This document shows positions 26,048 to 31,591 of a stretch of DNA of 31,743 nucleotides, piece by piece. The notes under the pieces are model-generated. The model made no database searches and was not told the DNA's origin. It saw only the letters and a program-made list of their open reading frames with translations. Where the stretch lies: positions 1 through 31,743 of IMG/VR virus record IMGVR_UViG_3300005805_000290; one strand, 5' to 3'. Source of the DNA: a virus. Its lineage: Duplodnaviria > Caudoviricetes. Position 1 is the first letter of the stretch. The number at the start of each line of letters is the position of its first letter. A program made the position numbers and the translations under genes.

Positions 26048-26485
26048 TTACCAACTGGATGAATAGATAAAATCCCATTCTTTAGGGAATTCTTTCAAAA
26101 CCCTTTCTAATTGGTCTATAGTATCTTGTAAGTCTCCAAAATAGTATTCATTATATTCATATGAACCAAAAAAGAATCCCTCTTGTGTTGGTAATAAATT
26201 AACAGCCTCTTCTTTTTGCATTAACACTATCTTGCAAGTATCAATTAATAATTGTAGTTGGTCTCGTGATACTGAATATTCTCTACAGTCATCCTTACCA
26301 CCTTGGACGTGTTTAACGAACCATGCATGAATTTGGTTGGATTTTCTCCAATAAGCAACGTTGACTTCTAGTGTTGCAGTATCTAAGGCAAAGGGTGCTG
26401 CTTTAACCAATGTGTTATAAAGTTCAGGCCTAAAGTAATCTTTGCTTGAAAATTGTCTTGCATTCAAGTACATATCTAATCCCAT
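26048..26485 (-). CDS. Conserved hypothetical phage protein
   Basis: MGLDMYL, YWRKSNQIHAWF, LPTQEGFFFG, Y.SSW motifs. Confidence 0.8.
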   Translation of the reverse strand: MGLDMYLNARQFSSKDYFRPELYNTLVKAAPFALDTATLEVNVAYWRKSNQIHAWFVKHVQGGKDDCREYSVSRDQLQLLIDTCKIVLMQKEEAVNLLPTQEGFFFGSYEYNEYYFGDLQDTIDQLERVLKEFPKEWDFIYSSSW

Positions 26486-26512
26486 TTATTTTCCTTTTTT
26501 AGTAGGGTGTTG

Positions 26513-26542
26513 TGAGCAGTTTAACAACATGCTCAGGTTGTT
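26513..26542 (-). ncRNA. Compact H-type pseudoknot motif, copy 2
   Basis: (AA)CAAC-CUGAGCAU-GUUG-UUAAAC-UGCUC(A); also overlaps a possible TTGACA-18-TAAACT promoter. Confidence 0.5.
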
Positions 26543-26586
26543 GTCAAGTGCCTAGTGACTACTCATTTCGTATAGGCACTCGAACT

Positions 26587-27039
26587 CTATAAGTATCTAC
26601 TTACAGATTGGTAAGTTGAGGTTGAGACTACTTCCTCATCTGACATAGATAGCATGCGAATTGCATTTGTTATTTCTGCAACTCTATCTTCATAGCCACC
26701 AATGTAGTTGCGACCATAACCAGTTGAACTGAAAGGGTCTTTTGGTGCTTCTGGTTCATCTGGTAGTTTGGTTCTGTCAATCTCTACTTCTACTTCAACC
26801 CTGAGATTAGGGTCTTGTGTCCAATTTCTAACCAAGACAGATTTTTTGTTAGATGAGGTTATGTCAAAGTTTGCAAAGGCAATCTGAGCACACTTCTCTT
26901 TCCACTCTTTTATATCTGTTTCATATTTGCTAAACGCTAAATCATAGTTCATTTTTGCGTTGTGCATTTCTTCTAGTTTTACTTCTAATGCTTTGATAAC
27001 CTTAACTCTGGCTATCTTTACATTTATTGCTTTTCCCAT
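26587..27039 (-). CDS. Hypothetical coiled-coil protein
   Basis: MGKAINVK... after RBS AAGGA. Confidence 0.75.
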   Translation of the reverse strand: MGKAINVKIARVKVIKALEVKLEEMHNAKMNYDLAFSKYETDIKEWKEKCAQIAFANFDITSSNKKSVLVRNWTQDPNLRVEVEVEIDRTKLPDEPEAPKDPFSSTGYGRNYIGGYEDRVAEITNAIRMLSMSDEEVVSTSTYQSVSRYL

Positions 27040-27073
27040 TTGTTTTCCTTTGTTGGTAGGGTTTGTTAGAATA

Positions 27074-27102
27074 AACATAGCATAATACTAGGCATAGGTC
27101 AA
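27074..27102 (-). promoter_or_regulatory. SigA-type promoter
   Basis: TTGACC-17-TATGTT with extended TG. Confidence 0.65.
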
Positions 27103-27124
27103 GAAACCTCATAACCTTAATAAG

Positions 27125-27140
27125 TGTGATATTGGTCACA
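27125..27140. promoter_or_regulatory. CRP/GlxR-type box
   Basis: TGTGA-TATTGG-TCACA. Confidence 0.75.
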
Positions 27141-27146
27141 ATAACC

Positions 27147-27179
27147 TGTGGATAACTTGGGGATAAGAATTTGGATTTT
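27147..27179 (-). promoter_or_regulatory. DnaA-box pair plus AT pseudo-palindrome (element 3)
   Basis: TGTGGATAA-CT-TGGGGATAA/GAATTTGGATTTT. Confidence 0.85.
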
Positions 27180-27197
27180 TGCGGGGGTATTTAGGAT

Positions 27198-27344
27198 CTA
27201 TCTTCCATCTATAAATCTTGCACTATCATTTTCTTCTTCCCATATAGACTTATTATTTATGGCTTCTATATAACCAACAATACAGCCTACTATTGGAAGA
27301 AATAAGAAACAAAATAAAAGAATTAGCGTTGTTCCGTATATCAT
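27198..27344 (-). CDS. 48-aa single-TM protein (not in ORF track)
   Basis: MIYGTTLILLFCFLFLPIVGCIVGYIE...; ATGA coupling. Confidence 0.6.
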   Translation of the reverse strand: MIYGTTLILLFCFLFLPIVGCIVGYIEAINNKSIWEEENDSARFIDGR

Positions 27345-28069
27345 TTTTTACTCGCAGAGAATAGTATATTATTCCTTCCTACTACACATTGACTACATTT
27401 TACACATGCAGAACCACCTTTGTCAATAAGAGGAATTTTCTTATTATTTTCTGGACATGGAACACCTGTCTTATTAACTAGAGATAGTAATTGTTCCTTA
27501 CCCATAGCGAATGTGTCAGCAAGATATGCTAATTTTATTCCATGGTCATTAGATAGTATCTTAGCATTATCAACATTATCACTATCTGTTGAATAATATA
27601 AAGATAGGTTAGGAATATTCTTTAACATTAAAGCAGCAGACATAACTCTTGTATATACCCAGAATTTTATGTCTTGATTATTTATTATGACATATTGCCA
27701 TGCCCTTGTATATGTATCATTAAAGAAATCGCCGTCCCAGTGAATACGGAATAATTTTTCTGCACCTCTTTTATCACAATCTTTTCTAAAGTCATTTATC
27801 ATATTTTCTAATAAATCTACCATAGTAGGTTCATCAGCGTCTTTCAATAATTCCCAGTTATGCAATAGATTAGCCTTGACAGCCTTGTATAGTTTTTCTA
27901 ACTTACCTGCATAGCAGACTTTCTCACATATGGATGTAGCACTAGGGCATGAATAATTTTTTCCAGCAGGTAGACCGAATGTGTTTTGTATTAAACTACC
28001 ATTACCAGCATTATTAACTAGGTTAGTAACTTTTCTATCGTGTGAGCGTTTTAACTTATTCATTTTCAT
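27341..28069 (-). CDS. GP88-like protein (radical-SAM-related Cys-rich phage protein)
   Basis: FGLPAG..SCP.A...C...CYA, FRIHWDGDF, FWVYTR, C-terminal CP..C..C..C. Confidence 0.75.
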   Translation of the reverse strand: MKMNKLKRSHDRKVTNLVNNAGNGSLIQNTFGLPAGKNYSCPSATSICEKVCYAGKLEKLYKAVKANLLHNWELLKDADEPTMVDLLENMINDFRKDCDKRGAEKLFRIHWDGDFFNDTYTRAWQYVIINNQDIKFWVYTRVMSAALMLKNIPNLSLYYSTDSDNVDNAKILSNDHGIKLAYLADTFAMGKEQLLSLVNKTGVPCPENNKKIPLIDKGGSACVKCSQCVVGRNNILFSASKK

Positions 28070-28211
28070 CCTTTAAGTAGTCTTTCCATATCTTAGCATT
28101 AGACAATCTTTTTTGTCTATCCTTAACCTTATTTTTATGTATGCCACTAGCCCCTGAGCGTCTTAAACCTTGCACATGGGCTACTTTTCTATCCTTATAT
28201 GTGTTACTCAT
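28056..28211 (-). CDS. 51-aa basic microprotein (not in ORF track)
   Basis: MSNTYKDRKVAHVQGLRRSGASGIHKNK...; leaderless start. Confidence 0.65.
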   Translation of the reverse strand: MSNTYKDRKVAHVQGLRRSGASGIHKNKVKDRQKRLSNAKIWKDYLKDENE

Positions 28212-28217
28212 AAAATC

Positions 28218-28246
28218 ACATTATCATAAACCACCGACAAAATCAA
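28218..28246 (-). promoter_or_regulatory. Promoter with TTGTC spacer motif
   Basis: TTGATT-ttgtcggtggtttatga-TAATGT. Confidence 0.65.
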
Positions 28247-28255
28247 GGGTGGGGC

Positions 28256-28288
28256 TGTGGATAACCTGGGGATAAGAATTTGGATTTT
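28256..28288 (-). promoter_or_regulatory. DnaA-box pair plus AT pseudo-palindrome (element 4)
   Basis: TGTGGATAA-CC-TGGGGATAA/GAATTTGGATTTT. Confidence 0.85.
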
Positions 28289-28411
28289 TGATCGCAGTTG
28301 GATGTAGGTTGGAATCCAGGATGATTACACAGTTCAAACCAACCTACACCACAATGTAGTGCTCCCGACTCAGGGAAAATGAATTAAACCTAAGTCGGGA
28401 ACGATTAGTTT

Positions 28412-28588
28412 CTAAAGAGAAACTGAAACTACCTTAAACTCTGGTTGGATTGTTGTCCAGCGTTCTTTACCTCGAACATCTAGACGAACACGCACCGAGC
28501 CAGATGGGTTCTGAACAATTTCCTTAATTGTTCCTTTTACGCCACTCTTTTGAGTCTTGTATTCTTGACCAATCGTTAGAATAGTCAT
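28412..28588 (-). CDS. Small SH3-like basic protein
   Basis: MTILTIGQEYKTQKSGVKGTI...RWTT; RBS GAAAGGA. Confidence 0.7.
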   Translation of the reverse strand: MTILTIGQEYKTQKSGVKGTIKEIVQNPSGSVRVRLDVRGKERWTTIQPEFKVVSVSL

Positions 28589-28615
28589 TTGCTTCCTTTC
28601 GTTGTTGTTAATACC

Positions 28616-28644
28616 AATATATAACATGGGTCTGACAAATGCAA
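28616..28644 (-). promoter_or_regulatory. Promoter with TTGTC spacer motif
   Basis: TTGCAT-ttgtcagacccatgtta-TATATT. Confidence 0.65.
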
Positions 28645-28655
28645 GCATATTTCCC

Positions 28656-28671
28656 TGTGATTTACATCACA
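28656..28671. promoter_or_regulatory. CRP/GlxR-type box
   Basis: TGTGA-TTTACA-TCACA. Confidence 0.75.
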
Positions 28672-28694
28672 CCGTCATAAATCAGACATTTTGC

Positions 28695-28727
28695 TGTGGA
28701 TAACCTGGGGATAAAAATTTGGATTTC
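28695..28727 (-). promoter_or_regulatory. DnaA-box pair plus AT pseudo-palindrome (element 5)
   Basis: TGTGGATAA-CC-TGGGGATAA/AAATTTGGATTTC. Confidence 0.85.
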
Positions 28728-28741
28728 TGGATCCAGGGATT

Positions 28742-29011
28742 TTATTTATCCTCATGTTTAGTAGTTGCTAATTCAATTAAAGTGCTATTCTCTAATTCTG
28801 TTAAGAATAACATTTGCATATTCATTAGAAATAATTTTCTGGCATCTTTATTATCTACCATTTGTTCCCACATTTCATCTGTTTCAATCCAAGACTTTAG
28901 TGTGTTCACAATAAAATTGCGTTCTTCTGCAATCTCATCTATTAAATCATTTTCTAATTGTTTATCAAATACTTCATTAACCATTTTATGTATTGGCTTT
29001 TCTTTAGGCAC
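28742..29011 (-). CDS. Hypothetical protein
   Basis: 89 aa; GTG start after GGAG. Confidence 0.65.
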   Translation of the reverse strand: MPKEKPIHKMVNEVFDKQLENDLIDEIAEERNFIVNTLKSWIETDEMWEQMVDNKDARKLFLMNMQMLFLTELENSTLIELATTKHEDK

Positions 29012-29192
29012 TTTTCACTCCCGATAGTAGTAGGTCTATATTTCTAACCATTTTGTCACAATGCTCTGACAATCTCATTATTTCTTCATCATAGGTTGTT
29101 TCACTATAAGTTGCAATCTCTTGTAGTTGATAACCAGATGTTTTTAGTTTGCCTTGAATTGTTCTTAGTAGTTCTACCCAATGTGCCTGCAT
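29004..29192 (-). CDS. Hypothetical protein
   Basis: 62 aa; RBS AAGGA. Confidence 0.65.
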   Translation of the reverse strand: MQAHWVELLRTIQGKLKTSGYQLQEIATYSETTYDEEIMRLSEHCDKMVRNIDLLLSGVKSA

Positions 29193-29299
29193 TATTCCTT
29201 ACCCTCACAATCTGGACACACAACACATCCGTCTGGATATATGTGTCCTCCGTCTTCATCATAGTTTATTTCATCATTACAAATTATGCAAGTAGTCAT
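29192..29299 (-). CDS. 35-aa Zn-ribbon microprotein (not in ORF track)
   Basis: MTTCIICNDEINYDEDGGHIYPDGCVVCPDCEGKE; TAATG coupling. Confidence 0.65.
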   Translation of the reverse strand: MTTCIICNDEINYDEDGGHIYPDGCVVCPDCEGKE

Positions 29300-29397
29300 T
29301 AGTAGGATATACAATCGTGTCCGTCTAACAATTCACTTGCTTCTAGTTCATCAAATATGTCGAACTTTTTGTTACACTCTCCACATGTTGCTATCAT
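29299..29397 (-). CDS. 32-aa Zn-finger-like microprotein (not in ORF track)
   Basis: MIATCGECNKKFDIFDELEASELLDGHDCISY. Confidence 0.65.
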   Translation of the reverse strand: MIATCGECNKKFDIFDELEASELLDGHDCISY

Positions 29398-29639
29398 TTT
29401 ACCCAGCCCTCTTGTTCTGCTTGTTCTCTTTTAAGTAGTAAGGACTCTGCAACTTTTCTTGCTAAGTTCCATGCACCCTCACCTCTAACATTATATACAT
29501 CAGCCCCGTCAAGAATTACACTAGCCCATGAGCCGTCTTTACTTTCAAGAGTCCACAATGTTTCATCTTCATATATTTTTTGCATATCACCAAATTGTGT
29601 AATAGTGCCTGCATACCATAGTTGTGTTGAATTACTCAT
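29394..29639 (-). CDS. Hypothetical protein
   Basis: 81 aa; RGEGAW resembles FKGETAW of 24322-24588. Confidence 0.7.
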   Translation of the reverse strand: MSNSTQLWYAGTITQFGDMQKIYEDETLWTLESKDGSWASVILDGADVYNVRGEGAWNLARKVAESLLLKREQAEQEGWVK

Positions 29640-29800
29640 TATTTTACCTCACTTAGTTTTTGGTTAAGTTTATCACGATAGCGTTCTACTTTTACATAGA
29701 CACTAGGGTGATGAATTCTTGACTCACATTTATGACATAGCCAATGTATTCCAACTTTAGTGCATACTACACAACTTTGTAAGTTGATTATATTATTCAT
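29639..29800 (-). CDS. 53-aa Zn-ribbon microprotein (not in ORF track)
   Basis: MNNIINLQSCVVCTKVGIHWLCHKCESR... Confidence 0.6.
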   Translation of the reverse strand: MNNIINLQSCVVCTKVGIHWLCHKCESRIHHPSVYVKVERYRDKLNQKLSEVK

Positions 29801-29939
29801 TTATTTTTTCCTTTTCTTTTGATAATTCATAGTCTAGCCCACATGGCAGACAAAGAAACCAATCTTTATCCGACACATGCACAATTTCATATTCATCACA
29901 GAATAGGCATTTGATACCTTTCCATTTATTTTCTAACAT
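29793..29939 (-). CDS. 48-aa Zn-ribbon microprotein (not in ORF track)
   Basis: MLENKWKGIKCLFC...WFLCLPCGLDY. Confidence 0.65.
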   Translation of the reverse strand: MLENKWKGIKCLFCDEYEIVHVSDKDWFLCLPCGLDYELSKEKEKINE

Positions 29940-30061
29940 TAGTAACCACACTTAGCCATAGCACAATCGTAGCAGAATACCTCATCACTAAGATAATCGG
30001 GGGTATTCATTTCAATGTCAATTTCACAATCCCAACATTTTGCAATATATATAGTTTTCAT
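29939..30061 (-). CDS. 40-aa Zn-ribbon microprotein (not in ORF track)
   Basis: MKTIYIAKCWDCEIDI...FCYDCAMAKCGY; RBS GAAAGG. Confidence 0.7.
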   Translation of the reverse strand: MKTIYIAKCWDCEIDIEMNTPDYLSDEVFCYDCAMAKCGY

Positions 30062-30189
30062 TATTTATTACCTTTCATTTCATTTTGTAGTGCTAACCAC
30101 AATTCTAATCTAACCATATCAGAAGCCTCTGACAAATCTGTAACGGACACGCCATTTTCGTCCATATCTATTATTTCTATATAACCCAT
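30061..30189 (-). CDS. 42-aa acidic microprotein (not in ORF track)
   Basis: MGYIEIIDMDENGVSVTDLSEASDMVRLELWLALQNEMKGNK; RBS AGGA. Confidence 0.6.
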   Translation of the reverse strand: MGYIEIIDMDENGVSVTDLSEASDMVRLELWLALQNEMKGNK

Positions 30190-30221
30190 TTTTATATCCT
30201 AACTTTTTATCTTATATAAAA

Positions 30222-30250
30222 ATCCTAGCATAGGGGTCTGACAATATCCA
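30222..30250 (-). promoter_or_regulatory. Leftward promoter of the divergence zone
   Basis: TGGATA-ttgtcagacccctatgc-TAGGAT. Confidence 0.65.
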
Positions 30251-30306
30251 CTCATAAAACGGCGTGTCTAAAAAAAGTGTAACGCAGTCGGGCGTGTCGT
30301 GATCCT

Positions 30307-30339
30307 TGTGTATATCCTGTGGATAAAAATCCAAATTTT
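30307..30339 (-). promoter_or_regulatory. DnaA-box pair plus AT pseudo-palindrome (element 6)
   Basis: TGTGTATAT-CC-TGTGGATAA/AAATCCAAATTTT. Confidence 0.8.
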
Positions 30340-30361
30340 TGTCGGTGGCTCATGATAGATT
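30339..30361 (+). promoter_or_regulatory. Rightward promoter with TTGTC motif
   Basis: ttgtcggtggctcatga-TAGATT. Confidence 0.6.
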
Positions 30362-30384
30362 CTAATTAAATGAAAGGATATAAA

Positions 30385-30447
30385 ATGGTAAATTGCTCAT
30401 GCACATCAAACTACATGTGTCGTTCATGTGCCAGAGGTTATAACTAA
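30385..30447 (+). CDS. 20-aa Cys-rich peptide (not in ORF track)
   Basis: MVNCSCTSNYMCRSCARGYN; RBS GAAAGGA and its own promoter. Confidence 0.6.
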   Translation: MVNCSCTSNYMCRSCARGYN

Positions 30448-30488
30448 CCTTTGGTAACAGACAAATAGGACACAAAATCTAAATTTTT

Positions 30489-30504
30489 TGTGATAAACGT
30501 CACA
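30489..30504. promoter_or_regulatory. CRP/GlxR-type box
   Basis: TGTGA-TAAACG-TCACA. Confidence 0.75.
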
Positions 30505-30543
30505 AAATAAAGTGTAACGCAAACACGGCGTGTCGCCCCTAAA

Positions 30544-30566
30544 TTGTCAGACCCCCCATTTATGAT
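30544..30566 (+). promoter_or_regulatory. Rightward promoter with TTGTC motif and poor -35
   Basis: ttgtcagaccccccatt-TATGAT. Confidence 0.65.
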
Positions 30567-30599
30567 TAAAGTATAGATAGAAATTAAGGAGGTATCCAG

Positions 30600-30701
30600 A
30601 TGAGAGGATACGTTGAAGCCCAAGAGGCTTGGGAGGCTGAACTCCCAGAGGGTGTAGAGCCTGATTACGACCAGTTCTACAAAATCTTTAGAGGCGAATA
30701 G
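30600..30701 (+). CDS. 33-aa acidic peptide (not in ORF track)
   Basis: MRGYVEAQEAWEAELPEGVEPDYDQFYKIFRGE; perfect RBS AAGGAGGT. Confidence 0.7.
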   Translation: MRGYVEAQEAWEAELPEGVEPDYDQFYKIFRGE

Positions 30702-30713
30702 CCACTAGATTTG

Positions 30714-30777
30714 GTCTCTGGATGAGCCTAGGCAAATAAGCCCAATCGGGATGAGCCCTAGCAAATAAGCCAGAGAC
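30714..30777 (+). ncRNA. Two-fold pseudo-symmetric structured element
   Basis: GTCTCTGG-[ATGAGCCTAGGCAAATAAG]-CCCAATCGGG-[ATGAGCCCTAGCAAATAAG]-CCAGAGAC. Confidence 0.5.
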
Positions 30778-30798
30778 ACGCAAGACCCCCTCCCAAAT

Positions 30799-30821
30799 CT
30801 GTCGGGGGTATATGATAGGTT
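30799..30821 (+). promoter_or_regulatory. Rightward promoter with TGTC motif
   Basis: ctgtcgggggtatatga-TAGGTT. Confidence 0.6.
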
Positions 30822-30848
30822 TAAGTTATTACTAGAAAGGTAAGAAAA

Positions 30849-31010
30849 ATGGATAAAGATACAATGCTAGAGTTAATTCACAGCGAACTCAATGCCGAAT
30901 ATGGTGATAGTATGTTAGCAGACTACGCACTACTAGGCACATTAAAATCATTAGTTACTGATGAACAATTAGTTCAGTTAGTTAAAATGAGAGGTTGGAT
31001 AAATAGATGA
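30849..31010 (+). CDS. 53-aa protein (not in ORF track)
   Basis: MDKDTMLELIHSELNAEYG...; RBS GAAAGG. Confidence 0.65.
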   Translation: MDKDTMLELIHSELNAEYGDSMLADYALLGTLKSLVTDEQLVQLVKMRGWINR

Positions 31011-31120
31011 CAACTATTGCATGCTATAAATGCGAAATAGATATTCCAATATCTACCCCTATACACGACAATAAATACGCACTATGTTACGATTGTGCTA
31101 TGGATAAGGCAGGTTACTAA
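31007..31120 (+). CDS. 37-aa Zn-ribbon microprotein, paralogue of 29939-30061
   Basis: MTTIACYKCEIDI...LCYDCAMDKAGY. Confidence 0.7.
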   Translation: MTTIACYKCEIDIPISTPIHDNKYALCYDCAMDKAGY

Positions 31121-31273
31121 ATGAATTACAAACTATGGCTAATAGGTCACAATGTTAAACACTTTATTGAAATGCGTTGGCTAGATGTTAAGTATGCCAA
31201 TGATGAGACATGGCTAGCAATACTACTAGTTAGCACATGGATATTCTGTGCATATGTAGCGAGTGTGAACTAA
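31121..31273 (+). CDS. 50-aa protein with C-terminal TM helix (not in ORF track)
   Basis: MNYKLWLIGH...WLAILLVSTWIFCAYVASVN. Confidence 0.55.
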   Translation: MNYKLWLIGHNVKHFIEMRWLDVKYANDETWLAILLVSTWIFCAYVASVN

Positions 31274-31551
31274 TGAAACTAACGCAACGAGGTAAGTATG
31301 TTATGGTCATCATCTACACGATAGTGATGACGCTACTACTAGTCGGGGTATATGATAAGTTTATAAGTGGTCAATCATGTATAGATAAATACACAGCCGA
31401 TATATTAGCAACACAATTTCTATATAGCGAGGGTATAGATAGAGACCATGCTATTACTGCTATATATAACAATGGTGGTTGGGTAGAAAATGAATACGAA
31501 GAACTAGAAGAAGTTGTATTCCCTTGCCTTAAGAATGAGGGACTAGTCTAG
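31273..31551 (+). CDS. Membrane-anchored hypothetical protein
   Basis: MKLTQRGKYV followed by a TM helix; TAATG coupling. Confidence 0.7.
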   Translation: MKLTQRGKYVMVIIYTIVMTLLLVGVYDKFISGQSCIDKYTADILATQFLYSEGIDRDHAITAIYNNGGWVENEYEELEEVVFPCLKNEGLV

Positions 31552-31556
31552 TTATG

Positions 31557-31591
31557 TGCTCACTAATTAATTTTGGTGAGCATTTTTATTT
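31557..31591 (+). terminator. Intrinsic terminator
   Basis: TGCTCACTAA-TTAATT-TTGGTGAGCA followed by TTTTTATTT. Confidence 0.75.

Noticed and set aside
969-29302. Shadow ORFs in the track (e.g. 969-1157, 992-1234, 3106-3339, 4752-4979, 14685-15053, 16536-16733, 21437-21697, 28719-29027, 29096-29302)
   Set aside because: Antisense or out of frame to better-supported genes or tRNAs; no RBS or motifs
24726-30306. GATC sites near the DnaA clusters (oriC-like Dam/SeqA control)
   Set aside because: GATC is common throughout the window, spacing is inconsistent, and SeqA is not an actinobacterial system
24693-30339. Repeated CTGTGGATAACCTGGGGATAA as a CRISPR array
   Set aside because: Copies are 0.4-1.6 kb apart and separated by genes; there are no uniform spacers and no cas genes
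24600-30500. Integron attC cassette array
   Set aside because: No RYYYAAC...GTTRRRY long imperfect palindromes, no integrase, and the units have their own promoters
30718-30770. Hammerhead ribozyme (GATGAG...AAA)
   Set aside because: Core reads UGGAUGA and GCAAA instead of CUGANGA and CGAAA; essential core residues are missing
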